NCBI GenBank assembly: GCA_964016885.1
Contig: OZ024741.1
Coordinates: 302,932,001-302,996,000 of the forward strand
Origin: Eledone cirrhosa
Taxonomy: Eukaryota
DNA length: 64,000 bases
Direction: 5' to 3'
Position numbers and translations under genes: made by a program. This document shows positions 26,470 to 41,185 of the stretch, piece by piece; position 1 is the stretch's first letter, and every line of letters starts with the position of its first letter. Under the pieces are notes generated by a model. That model was not told the origin of the DNA. It searched no databases and saw nothing but the letters and a program-made list of their open reading frames with translations.

Positions 26470-27060
26470 TATATAGGATATTTATTTATGTATCAGACAG
26501 TGTACGTAGTATAAGCGCTATAAAATATAAAATGAAAAAGAAATAAGAACGGCAAACTCCTGGCATGACAAGAAAAAACAAAAAACAAAAAGAAAAACCA
26601 ACCCCCCACCAAAAACAACAAAAACACGTCCAAGCTGGCGTTATGCCTGTGTAAGACACAAAAATAAAAGTAAAAAAAAAAAAAGGTTTAAGAAAAGAAA
26701 TAGGTTTAAGAAATAAATAAAAAAAGGAAAAAGGTTTAAGAGAGATAAAAGGAAAAAAAAATAATAAAAGAAGAAAATAGAGTAAACCTTGCGCAGAAAC
26801 GTATAAAATAGTAATTAACAGTTGTCAAACTTAATATTCCACTCTGTTCTAACTTGTGAAAAGAAGTTGGCATTCGGAAACAATACAAAGGAACGTACGT
26901 TCTAGAATTTTGAGAATCTAATTGGTAACTGGCGTCACAGTTTTCAGTTTGCAGATGCGATGCAAAGTAAAGATGGCAGTGTCGTCTGCGAGCAGCACAG
27001 TAATATGTGCTGCACGCAGACGACATTTCTTAAGCCAGATTCCAAGATTATGAAAAAAGC

Positions 27061-27170
<110 letters not shown>

Positions 27171-27199
27171 ATATATGCATGTGTATATATCTATCTATC

Positions 27200-27356
27200 T
27201 AAGGCGGGTAAAATTCCCGAGATCCATGGACGAGTTCTCTCCAGCGGTCTCTGTCCCTCAATATCGTTGCCATGTCCTGCGTCTCCAACAGACCAGTGTC
27301 TATCCTTAGGGCATCAACATACGTTAACCTTGGTCTTCCTCTTCTAGTGTGTCCAT
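27200..27356 (-). mobile_element. RTE-type LINE 3' fragment
   Basis: Translates to [21 protein letters not shown]...DRDRWRELV. Confidence 0.7.
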
Positions 27357-27440
27357 ATACACACACACACACAAATATACATATATATATGTATATATAT
27401 ATAATATATATATGTATATATATATATATATATAAATGAG

Positions 27441-27485
27441 TTCTACATGTCTAAAACTGTTTCATTCGTATGAAATCATCAGGAA
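27441..27485 (-). ncRNA. Hammerhead ribozyme motif (family C)
   Basis: UUC-CUGAUGA-UUUC-AUAC-GAAU-GAAA-CA..UG-UA-GAA. Confidence 0.6.
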
Positions 27486-27757
27486 TGTCCTAACGACTGA
27501 AACAGCTCTGTTCGTATGCGAGTCATTTCTATATATGGTGACCTGAATAGATCTTTCTTTCTCAAAGAATTTTTTTTCGTTTCTACAATTGCTCCCTCTC
27601 TTCAATCTTTCTATTTCTTCTTTAATTTTTCATTTTATTTCCTGTTGAAAAACTAGCGTCCGAATCGTTAACAATCTTTTCCTAGAATATCAAGCGCAAA
27701 ACTAATATATTTTCTTAATTGTACTGTGTACTTGATTTGTTGTATCTGCTTTACTTT

Positions 27758-27895
<138 letters not shown>

Positions 27896-28174
27896 ACACA
27901 CACACACACACACACATTTATATATTTCAAACATATATACATATGTAGATATAGCACGCATGTATACACAGTATACATATATAAAAAAATGTGTGTGCGT
28001 TCCTGTATGTATGTGTGTGTATATATATATACATACGTATGTATGTATGTATGTATGTATGTATGTATGTATGTATGTATGTATGTATGTATGTATGTAT
28101 GTATATATATGTGTGTGTGTGTATATATATATGTATATATATATGTATATATATATATACACACACACACACAA

Positions 28175-28217
<43 letters not shown>

Positions 28218-28294
28218 TATATATATATGTATATATATATATATGTGTGTATATATATATACATGTATATATATACATATATATATATTTTTAC

Positions 28295-28325
<31 letters not shown>

Positions 28326-28889
28326 TGTATGTATGTAGGTGTGTGTGTGCGTAAGTGTATGTCTCTAAGTCTGCGTGTATTTATGTATGTGTTTGTGTGC
28401 ACGCAAAGTGTGTGAGTGTGTATGTTCTATGTGTAAAATCAGACAAATAAGTTTGTAAATAAGTAAAATCTCGAGAATTCAAGGAGCCGAGACATTTAAA
28501 AACAAGACATTTTTTGGTAGAGTTGTGTCGTCTGTTTATAAAGAAAAACTCACTAAATTACATGTGATTTCAACTTTTCATTTTGCTTTTCTATTTTTTC
28601 GTCTTTCGAGAGAATAATAAACCCTAAAAGACAGTTGAAGTTCTTCTAGTAAGACATGTTTTATAGTAGTTGTGGTAATAGTTGTCATTGTTCTAGGCGG
28701 CGGCTGTCAAGTCTCATCGTCGGTTGAACCCACGAAGGAGGCTTTTACTAAGCTGTGGAATCTGCCAGAAATAACAGCTAAATTTCATTCAAATTACATC
28801 AGATCAGTGTCCATATATTTTGTCTTGCGCGATGTGTTCCCAATCATCACACCAACATTGTAACAATAATAGTATGTGTTGAGGTTCCC

Positions 28890-29200
28890 TTTGTAATTAT
28901 CAGGTCCCGGGTTCGATCACACGGTGCGGAATCTTGGACAAGTGTCATTTACCATATTCTCGGGTCAATCAATGCCATGAGAGTGACATTGGGCAGACAG
29001 AAACTGTTTGGAAGCCTGTGGGATGGACTCTACCTGTAATTCAAAGGGCCAGTCCTATCACGCACTGTCACACTAAATTTCCCTGACATTAAAGATACAT
29101 ATATCTGAGGAATGCTCAGGCACTTCTGGATTAATTTCATGAGTAGGCTGTTCCGTTGATTGAATGACTGGAACGCCCATTGTCGAAACCGACGAGACTC
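28890..29200 (+). mobile_element. Second tRNA-type SINE family (related copies ~46995-47330 +, ~58070-58375 -)
   Basis: B-box GGTTCGAT, cttggacaagtgtc, aaactgtttggaagcctgt shared between copies. Confidence 0.6.
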
Positions 29201-29339
29201 CATCGTTCATTCGTGTTCTTCCATCAATTATCGATAATGATCACGAATTTGGTTACTTGATTGATTGGGCTTTATCATCCATATCCAAATATGGTTGGTG
29301 AGTAAGATCTTGGTAATGACTACATTTTGGACACATGTA

Positions 29340-30250
29340 GTCTGCGCTTTTATTTGAAGAGCCAGCTGAAAGGGCTATGTTGAGCTCGCGTTTGGTTTTC
29401 GCCATCTATATGTGAGTATCTTGCAAAACATTTGAGGCTTTATGAATGAGGATGCGTCTTCGGGGTTATTCTTCGCGATTATTTCCATCGTTGTCTATCA
29501 ATACTTTTAGGTTACCTTGGTAGCTCTTTTTCCAGCCGCCGACTATTCTCTTCCCTGTAGTAAGCTCACCATAGAGGAGTTGATTTAGTATGTGAATGGC
29601 CTATCCAGTGAATTTTATTCTTGTCCAAAAAGGTTTGTATTGAAGAATGTTTTGTCTGCTGGAGAATTTCCGTACCAGCGACTTTATAATGCCACTTCTG
29701 CGAAGACGCGTTGTGAAAATGAATAATCTATTTGGCAATGGCTGCTGCAAATAGTTACTATCCTGAGAGCATAAATGAATATCGAGGGTACGACTGCTTT
29801 GTAGATATTCAGCTTGGTAGTACGTAAGACAGATAACTCTACAATTCCAAACTGTTGGCTGGAGTCTTCCAATCACTGAGCTTCTTTTAATTCTCCTAGA
29901 ATACTGGAATTGACATCATCATCATCACCAAGACAGACGTGTTTCGAAAAAAGGCTACCTAAGCCAATGAACTTCTCTACTGCCCGAAGACATATACATT
30001 TAGCCGTTATTCTCGTCACGATGTATTCGTGGTCTGCTGAGCTTGGGAACATCACTTAATTTCTTTTGTTTTTGTTTGTTAGTCAGACCGGAATTTGTCG
30101 TAGGCCATAAAGAACTGATCTATGGCTTGATGCGTCATTGGCAGAGCTGGTATTCAGTGCACAATCATTTGTAAAGAAAATGTAAGGAATATCAAGGGTT
30201 TAGAGTTTAGTGACCACTTTCAGGCGTGCAAGTTTGTGAAACATATCGTT
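29340..30250 (-). pseudogene. Old degenerate RTE LINE RT/3' fragment
   Basis: Remnants LRAVEKFIGLGS, TTKLNIYKAVV, NQLLYGELTTGKR. Confidence 0.65.
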
Positions 30251-30741
30251 AAATCAGTAATAATATATCCGTGTCATAAAAGAATATGACAGTTTTTATT
30301 AGTTATAACGAAAACTCCCCAAAATTGGAAAAATCTTTTCGCAATTTGGGTAATCGTCTGGAAATATTATCTTCTAAAAACATGTAATATACAGTAGATA
30401 CATACATCGTTACACTGTTAATAGACACACACAAACATATATACATGCACTCGCACACATAACAACGCAAACACAGACACACACACACACACCTCCCCCT
30501 CCACATATAACTATGCCCGTCTATTACCTTAACCTGAACGTAAACATATCTACAACAAACTAATGCTCTCTACGTACTCAAGCAAATATACATTCAATCC
30601 CTACGACCACACATTAAGGGAAGAAGACAGACACGCTTTCAAAATCATACCTCAGCCCTCCCAGCATAACAATAACCAGTCTACACCAAATACAGGAAGG
30701 AAGCAACGGGCGCCATCAGGTTGCAGTCTTATTACGTAACT

Positions 30742-30965
<224 letters not shown>

Positions 30966-31255
30966 AAGTATGTTCCATCGAATCATTTGATAAAATATAT
31001 ACACGATCTCCTCTCCCAATCAGCATAATCAACCACACAAAAAACCAATTAAACCAGGCTTTAAGATTAAAAGGCACCCATGAAGAAATAATAGATAAAT
31101 AAACGACAGCCATCTATTCGCGATCAACAGCTATAGAATATTTACCCAGCATTTCAATAGCACGTGGAAATCGATTAAATATATCGTCAACCATACATAA
31201 TTAGGTATAAAATCAAAGTTAGAAGAAAAAATGTATTTAAACATACCAAGATTAC

Positions 31256-31337
31256 GTTTCTACTCCATGGGGTTTCATTCGCTTTTGGAAATATCCGATC
31301 AAGGATAAATTCACGAGCTTCGAAATCATCAGGAAAC
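31256..31337 (-). ncRNA. Hammerhead ribozyme motif with extended stem II
   Basis: GUUUC-CUGAUGA-UUUCG..AUCC-UUGAUC-GGAU..CGAAU-GAAA-CCCCAUGGAG-UA-GAAAC. Confidence 0.78.
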
Positions 31338-31410
31338 AAACTCACTTGGACGAAGATTTTTCTTAAATGATCCCCACCAGAAACGAATTCAAAATGGCTA
31401 TACATATATA

Positions 31411-31549
<139 letters not shown>

Positions 31550-31597
31550 CTGTGTATGTATGAATGTAAATATACACACACATATATATATATATAA

Positions 31598-31799
31598 CGA
31601 AGGAAGTGTGATAAGGAACCAGATGGACCATAACGCACCAGAGTACTCAATACTTAGGATACTAGAGTGGGTAATAGAAAACTGTTCAAGACCCCGACGG
31701 CAGAGCTCAAGCCATTTCGACGGCAATTTTTGGACTAGCTGCCCTAAAATAGCCGTCGAAACGGCTTGAGCTCTGCCGTCGGGGTCTTGAACATTTTCC
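31598..31799. mobile_element. Tail + fold-back PLE terminus carrying a hammerhead 3' half (family D; fragments at ~42935-42995 and 60031-60090)
   Basis: Arms 31677-31730 / 31746-31798; GAAA-CGGC-loop-GCCG-UC gives stem III plus a GUC site. Confidence 0.68.
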
Positions 31800-31868
31800 T
31801 ATATATATATATATATACACATACAATGATATTAAATAAATGGAAACTATATTTATAAAACCATATTT

Positions 31869-31927
31869 ATTCTATTATATATATTTCAAGGGTACCAACA
31901 TTTTGGTACGCTTTCATCAGATAAAAT
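31869..31927 (-). ncRNA. Hammerhead ribozyme motif (family B) within insert 31821-32103
   Basis: AUUUUAU-CUGAUGA-AAGCGUACCAA..UUGGUACCCUU-GAAA-UAUAUA-UA-AUAGAAU; the insert has inverted atacaatgatattaaa ends and a tail. Confidence 0.75.
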
Positions 31928-32104
31928 ACGAAGTGGGTTTTATAAATTTTGACATAACCAAGGAGAATATACCTTAACGGTTCAAGTTATCTTTGGATTT
32001 AATATCATTGTATATTATACCCCAGAAAACTTGTCAAGTGCTCTGAATCAGTTATAAACATTTATATTTGTTGAATTACCAACAAATTGAATATCCCTTC
32101 TGCT

Positions 32105-32340
<236 letters not shown>

Positions 32341-32673
32341 ATATATATTTGCTAGCATGGGTATACATCTGTATACACATGTTGGTAGATATACTAATTC
32401 TCTCTCTCTCTCTATATATATATATATTAAATTCGTTTCCTATTCAAAAAGTATACACATATTTACATTTGAGAAGTGACCTCAAATCCTCACATTCGAA
32501 GAGCTATACACCTAGTTAACACTTGATATTAATTGTGCCGTATTTTAATTTAATCTCGTAATATTTCACACCTCAACAAGTTATAATTCATACTGCCTCT
32601 AGTTATCACTTTCTGTCAATTGAAAGCCTACTTAAATCTATGTGGATTGGTTTCTAGTGACGTATATCTCAGC

Positions 32674-32985
32674 AAGGCGAATTGGCAGAGTCATTAGAAC
32701 GTGGGATAGAATATTTTGCGGTATTCATTCCGGCACTTTGCACTCAGAGTTGAAAACCTGCCGAGCTCAGTTCTCCCTTTCCTTCTTCTGAGGTCAATAC
32801 AAAATGTATCCGATAAATACTGGGGTCGATTTTTCCTCTACATCTCTTTCTCACTTACTCTCTATCATTGGGGATTCAACCAGATCAGTTGGATCTGATC
32901 TGACAGGAGGACCCGCTGGAAGGAGTGTTTGAGGACTCTACCCCCACCACCCACGATCCTCTCGGGAATAAGTGGGCAAATAAGA
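32674..32985 (+). mobile_element. Diverged SINE (32674-32830) followed by an RTE (GAA-tail family) 3' stub (32865-32985)
   Basis: SINE head and core; ttgggattcaaccagatcagttgg...ggaaggagtgtttgaggact matches the 6573, 42060 and 60290 copies. Confidence 0.6.
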
Positions 32986-33208
32986 ATATATATATATATA
33001 TATATATACAAATTTTAGTACAGCATTAACGAAGCTTTAGGCTGCGGCTAAGCTAACGAATGCAAATTCGGAATGTAGCTTTAGCACTCGATAGAGAATA
33101 ATACCCAGAGTAATAACAATACGTTTAGACAGCTTTGCAAATCAAATATAGCGACCGACAGTCTGGCCGTATTGCCATAGCAACGAAAATGGTTGGACTC
33201 AGGAAAAG

Positions 33209-33273
<65 letters not shown>

Positions 33274-33325
33274 ATACTTTGGGAGGGTCATGCTGCCAAT
33301 CTTGCAAAACAAATTTAAAAGCGAA

Positions 33326-33370
<45 letters not shown>

Positions 33371-33721
33371 GGAGGTGAGTTTTATTATTCTTAATCCCTT
33401 TTTCTCTTCATCAACTTTTAATTTCAAATTCTTTTAAATTATCTATTATCTTCCAACGGCTTTTTAATTTCTCTCTGTGAGACAATATATATATATATAT
33501 TTTTTCTCAGTTGTAAAGGCTATCTCTCCCTCTCTCTCTCTCTATCACCCATCTCTCCTCCTCCCTCATCCTTCCTTCTTATACTCCTCCCCCACCATTC
33601 TTTACTCTCATCTCCTCCTCTTCCTTACCCCCCCTCCCTCACTTTTTCCCAATCTCACACATCAATCTTAAATTATTTTTCATATTCACAAGTGTTTTTT
33701 AAGCTTCATATCATGTATCCC

Positions 33722-33792
33722 TATTTTATCTGATGAAAACGCAGATATCATCCCATGATGATATTTGTTTTTGAAATGCGCATAATAAAATA
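33722..33792 (+). ncRNA. Hammerhead ribozyme motif, well formed
   Basis: UAUUUUAU-CUGAUGA-AAAC-GCAGAUAUCAUC-CCAU-GAUGAUAUUUGU-UUUU-GAAA-UGCGCA-UA-AUAAAAUA; 8-bp stem I, palindromic stem III. Confidence 0.85.
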
Positions 33793-33822
33793 CTTGGAAC
33801 TCTTTTAACAATCTTTTGATCT

Positions 33823-33880
<58 letters not shown>

Positions 33881-33957
33881 GAAAGGTAAACAGAAACAGC
33901 AAAGTATAGTACAATGAAGAAATATATTAGTTTAACGCTTGATATTGTAGGAGAAAT

Positions 33958-33994
33958 GTCTTTAGGTTTCGGATACTAGTCCTTCATCAGAAGA
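33958..33994 (-). ncRNA. Hammerhead ribozyme motif (family A), degenerate
   Basis: CUGAUGA-A-GGAC-UAGU-AUCC-GAAAC-CUA. Confidence 0.55.
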
Positions 33995-34045
33995 TAGAAT
34001 GAGAAATGAAAGATGAAATAGAAAAGCACGTGTGTATTCAGTCAA

Positions 34046-34094
<49 letters not shown>

Positions 34095-34096
34095 CA

Positions 34097-34664
34097 TATA
34101 TCCATGTAGGAGAACCCCTACCGAAGCGCTAAACAAGTGTGACTTTTAGTCCAGCCAGCGACTTGAAAACTCTGGTACAAACACTACACTTGTGACAATT
34201 ATTGACACATAGTGCTGGGCCCTTGGTACCATGTGACGACAAGTGCAGTGAGATCTCCAGATATAAAGCAATGCCTGTGCCGTGAAGCTTTTATAGTGAG
34301 CAAAGGCACTGCACAAAGCCAGTCCCACTCTCTTAACCCAAGATGATATTTACCAAAAAGAAGAACAAGTCAACATCATGGGATACCATCAGGGTTGCAG
34401 GTGTTATATCAGAGTTTTCCTTCTCCTAGAATTCTGCCTTGACAAAGGCTAAGGGGTCATCTCTCCCGGTGATTTTGGATGGCCATTGACTCTTAAGAGC
34501 TCCTTTGCCCTTTGACAGGTTTTGTTTTTAGTCCTGCAGGATGTCCAAATTCACCCTCCTCACCAAGAAACCTTGGTGGGGTTGCCAGTTTAGTCGCCAA
34601 CGACCCGACCATGGGACAGGTTGTACTGGGATACATGTTACCAGTAGCACCAACTGGTGACCTG
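34097..34664 (-). mobile_element. Non-autonomous bipartite RTE derivative (5' UTR fused to 3' end), lacking the last ~40 nt
   Basis: Reverse complement matches 9549-9977 joined to 13325-13463. Confidence 0.92.
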
Positions 34665-35224
34665 ACATATATATATATATATATACACACATATATATAC
34701 ACACACATATATATATATATATGCGTGTGTATATGTGTGTGTATGTGTGCGTACGTGTGTATTTTACACACAACAGTATGTGTCTCTATATGTACAGATG
34801 TAATTACGTATACCCTTTTGATAGTGTATTTGCGTTTTTGTATACATTACTTTGTGCTTGTATGCAAACCAATGTTATATGATATATATATGAGATATAC
34901 AAGATATGTCTTTATTTTTCTACATTTATCTTTATATATACATGCATATGCATATATATACACGCACAAACACTCAGTCACCCATACACATATACTTCAA
35001 TGCATGCAAAGGCTCACGTACGCATTTAGAATAATTTGCATATACGTATTTTGTTATGTATCGGTGCGTTTGTATGTGTGTGTGATTTCGTTCGTCGGTG
35101 TATATACATACATATACATTTAATTACACACACACACACACACACACACACTTATACTTACACACACACATACACACTCACGCACATACACAGACACACA
35201 CACGCATTTATATATATACATATA

Positions 35225-35271
<47 letters not shown>

Positions 35272-35370
35272 CGACTATATATGTATATATATTTATGTAT
35301 ATATGTATATATATAAATATAATATATATACATATATATGTATATATAAATATATATATATATATATGTA

Positions 35371-35436
<66 letters not shown>

Positions 35437-35513
35437 CATATATATGTATATATGTATATACATATATATGTATATATGTATATATGTATATATCTATATA
35501 TATATATTGATGT

Positions 35514-36120
35514 CAGGTCACCAGTTGGTGCTACTGGTAACATGTATCCCAGTACAACCTGTCTCATGGTCGGGTCGTTGGCGACTAAACTGGCAACCCC
35601 ACCAAGGTTTCTTGGTGAGGAGGGTGACTTTGGACATCCTGCAGGACTAAAAACAAAACCTGTGAAAGGGCAAGGGAGCTCTTAAGAGTCAATAGCCATC
35701 CAAAATCACTGGGAGAGATGACCCCTTAGCCTTTGTCAAGGCAGAATTCTAGGAGAAGGAAAACTCTGATATAACACCTGCAACCCTGATGGTATCCAAT
35801 GATGTTGACTTGTTCTTCTTTTTGGTAAATATCATCTTGGTTAAGAGAGTGGGACTGGCTTTGTGCAGTGCCTTTGCTCACTATAAAAGCTTCACAGCAC
35901 AGGCATTGCTTTATATCTGGAGATCTCTCTGCACTTGTCATCACATGGTACCATGGGCCCTGCACTATGTGTCAATAATGGTCACAAGTGTAGTCTTTGT
36001 ACCAGAGTTTTCAAGTCGCTGACTGGACTAAAAAGTCACATTCGTTCAGCGCATCGGTAGGGGTTCTCCTACATGGATATAAAGTAGTGGCCGTACTCGA
36101 AAACGAGTTGGCAGCCACCA
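35514..36120 (+). mobile_element. Non-autonomous bipartite RTE derivative, complete (607 bp)
   Basis: 35514-35942 matches 9549-9977; 35943-36120 matches 13325-13502. Confidence 0.95.
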
Positions 36121-36206
36121 TATATATATATGTATATATGTATATATGTATATATATATATGTATATATGTATGTATATATATATATATATGTATATATT
36201 TATGTA

Positions 36207-36271
<65 letters not shown>

Positions 36272-36559
36272 TTATACATATACATACACACACACACCAT
36301 AAGAGTTTGGCACACAATTTCACTCTTCACTTCAGCATATCAAGTTTATCTGTAAAAGGTGATAACAACAAATTTGAAGACAGGACGCAATAAGCTGAAC
36401 AGGAAATGGTCCCTTTCGGTTTCTTCGCCAACAGAATGGGAATTGTCTTCCAGACCGTCTCTCCATTTCAACGACAGCTTTTTATTCTTCTTGTATTTTT
36501 TAGTTGACTTTTTTCCCCCGTTTTAATTATTAAAGAAAAAAATAGGATTGCATGATGAT

Positions 36560-38760
36560 GTCGATGATAAAGAAGATGATAATGTTAATGGTAGTGGTGG
36601 TGGTAGTGGTGGTGGTGGTGGTGGTGATGTGTGGTGGTAGTGGTAGTGGTGGTGGTGGTGGTGGTGGTGGTGGTAGTGGTGATGTGTGGTGGTAGTGGTG
36701 GTGGTAGTGGTGGTGGTGGTAGTGGTGGTGATGGTGGTGGTGATGGTGGTGGTGATGGTGGTGGTGGTGGTGTGTGGTGGTGGTGGTGGTGGTAGTGGTG
36801 GTGATGGTGGTGGTGGTGGTGATGGTGATGGTGATGGTGGTGGTGGTGGTGTGTGGTGGTGGTGGTGGTGGTGGTAGTGGTGGTGGTGGTAGTGGTGGTG
36901 ATGGTGGTGGTGATGGTGATGGTGATGGTGGTGGTGGTGGTGTGTGGTGGTGGTGGTGGTGGTAGTGGTGGTGATGGTGGTGGTGGTGGTGATGGTGATG
37001 GTGATGGTGGTGGTGGTGGTGTGTGGTGGTGGTGGTGGTGGTGGTAGTGGTGGTGGTGGTAGTGGTGGTGATGGTGGTGGTGATGGTGATGGTGATGGTG
37101 GTGGTGGTGGTGTGTGGTGGTGGTGGTGGTGGTAGTGGTGGTGATGGTGGTGGTGGTGGTGATGGTGATGGTGATGGTGGTGGTGGTGGTGTGTGGTGGT
37201 GGTGGTGGTGGTGGTAGTGGTGGTGGTGGTAGTGGTGGTGATGGTGGTGGTGATGGTGATGGTGATGGTGGTGGTGGTGGTGTGTGGTGGTGGTGGTGGT
37301 GGTAGTGGTGGTGATGGTGGTGGTGGTGGTGATGGTGATGGTGATGGTGGTGGTGGTGGTGTGTGGTGGTGGTGGTGGTGGTGGTAGTGGTGGTGGTGGT
37401 AGTGGTGGTGATGGTGGTGGTGATGGTGATGGTGATGGTGGTGGTGGTGGTGTGTGGTGGTGGTGGTGGTGGTAGTGGTGGTGATGGTGGTGGTGGTGGT
37501 GATGGTGATGGTGATGGTGGTGGTGGTGTGTGGTGGTGGTGGTGGTGGTGGTGATGGTGGTGGTGTGTGGTGGTAGTGGTGGTGGTGATGGTGATGGTGA
37601 TGGTGGTGGTGGTGTGTGGTGGTGGTGGTGGTGGTGGTGGTAGTGGTGGTGGTGGTAGTGGTGGTGATGGTGGTGGTGGTGGTAGTGGTGGTGGTGGTAG
37701 TGGTGGTGATGGTGATGATGGTGGTGTGTGGTGGTGGTGGTGGTGGTGGTGGTAGTGGTGGTGGTGGTGGTGGTAGTGGTGGTGATGGTGGTGGTGGTGG
37801 TGATGTGTGGTAGTAGTGGTGGTGGTGGTGATGGTGGTGGTGCTGGTGGTGTTGGTGGTGATGGTGGTGTGTGGTGGTGGTGGTGGTGTGGTATTGTGTG
37901 GTGGTGGTGTGGTGGTGGTGTGGTGGTGGTGTGGTGGTGGTGGTGGTGATGGTGGTGTGTGGTGGTAGTGTTGGTGGTAGTAGTGGTGGTGGTGGCGGTG
38001 GTGATGTGTGGTGGTAGTGGTGGTGGTGGCGGTGATGATAAAGAAGATGATAATGTTAATGGTAGTGGTGGTGGTAGTGGTGGTGGTGGTGGTGGTGGTG
38101 ATGGTGGTGGTGATGGTGATGGTGATGGTGGTGGTGGTAGTGGTGGTAGTGGTGGTGGTGGTAGTGGTGGTGATGGTGGTGGTGGTGGTGATGGTGGTGG
38201 TGGTGGTGGTGGTGGTGGTGGTTTTGGTGGTGATAGTGGTGGTGGTGGGGGATGGGTGGTTGTGGTATTGTTGGTGGTAGTGGTGATGATGATGATAAAG
38301 AAGATGATAATGTTAATGTTAGTGATGTTAGTGATGGTGGTGATGGTGGTGGTGATAGTGGTGATAGTGGTGTGTGGTGGTATTGGTGGTAGTGGTGGTG
38401 GGGGATGGGTGGTTGTGGTATTGTTGGTGGCGGTGGTCAAGATGATGATGATAAAGATGATAATGTTAATGGTAGTAGTGTTGGTGATGGTGGTGGTGTG
38501 TGGTGGTAGTGGTATTGGTGGGTGGTGGGTGGTGGTGGTGGTGGATGGTGGTGGTGGTGGTAGTGGTGGATGGTAGTGGTGGTGGTGGTGGTAGTGGTAT
38601 TGGTGGGTGGTGGGTGGTGGTGGTGGTGGATGGTAGTGGTGGTGGTAGTGGTGGATGGTAGTGGTGGTGGTGGTAATAGTGGTGGTGGTGGTAGTGGTAT
38701 TGGTGGGTGGTGGTGGTGGTGGTGGTGGTAGTGGTGGTGGTGGTGGGGTTGGTTGGTTGT
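36560..38760. repeat. (GGT)n-based satellite with 170-bp higher-order periodicity
   Basis: Identical ORF translations recur at 36774/36944/37114/37284 and 36853/37023/37193 (170-bp spacing). Confidence 0.9.
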
Positions 38761-38873
38761 GGTATTAGTGGTGATGGTGATGATGATGATGGTGAGGAGG
38801 AGGAGGAGGCGGATGATGATGATGAGGATGATGATAATGATGACTATGATGATTATGGGTAGGATAACAGTTG

Positions 38874-38905
<32 letters not shown>

Positions 38906-38949
38906 ATGTTGGCAATGATAATGATGTGGATTTAAGATAAGGAAGAACA

Positions 38950-39034
<85 letters not shown>

Positions 39035-39074
39035 CATATATATACATATATATGCACATATATTTATATATATA

Positions 39075-40180
<1,106 letters not shown>

Positions 40181-40247
40181 GTTCTATGTCAGGGTACTTA
40201 TCCTTTTAAAAATGCAAATAAGTTATAGAGGAAGCGAAATGAGACTT

Positions 40248-40400
40248 GGGATGGAGGGGAAAGGATAGATATAGGGATGTGATGGAGGGGAAAGGATAGA
40301 TATAGGAATGTGATGGAGGGGAAAGGGTAGATATAGGGATGTGATGGAGGGGAAAGGATAGATATAGGGATGTGATGGAGGGGAAAGGATAGATATAGGG
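40248..40400. repeat. 31-bp purine-rich minisatellite (~5 units)
   Basis: Unit gggatgtgatggaggggaaaggatagatata. Confidence 0.9.
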
Positions 40401-40455
40401 AAATGAAAATGTCTGAAATAGTGACTGACATAGAAACAGTAATACAGATAGATAG

Positions 40456-40536
<81 letters not shown>

Positions 40537-40891
40537 TTTATATAGACAGTTGGATAGAGAGAGGTACTCATAACATTAAGTAGGTGAGGTGGTTGATATG
40601 AATAAAAATTTCTAGGTATGTATGTCTGTATGTATGTATGTATGTATGTATGTATGCATGTATGTATGTATGTATGTATGTATGTATGTATGTATGTATG
40701 TATGTATGCATGTATGCATGTATGTATGTATGTATGTATGTATGTATGTATGCATGTATATATGTATGTATGTGTATATGTATGTTTGCATGTATGTATG
40801 CGTGTGTGCATGCATTTATGTATGTAGATATTTTCATATGGGCGTGTAAAAATGTCTTGCTTTAAGATTTATTAAATACACACACATACAC

Positions 40892-40964
<73 letters not shown>

Positions 40965-41088
40965 AAGAGGGAGAGAGAGAAGGAAAGAGAGAGAGAGAGA
41001 GAAGGGGCGAAAGAGATAGAGAGAGTGTGAGAGAGTGAGAGAGAGATGAATCTGTGTGTGTGGATGTAAATGTTTTTATACACATTTG

Positions 41089-41185
<97 letters not shown>

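Noticed and set aside
26991-27010. Similarity to the miR-15/195 family sequence (AGCAGCACAG.AATAT)
   Set aside because: The putative mature sequence would span the hairpin loop and the stem is too short; likely coincidence.
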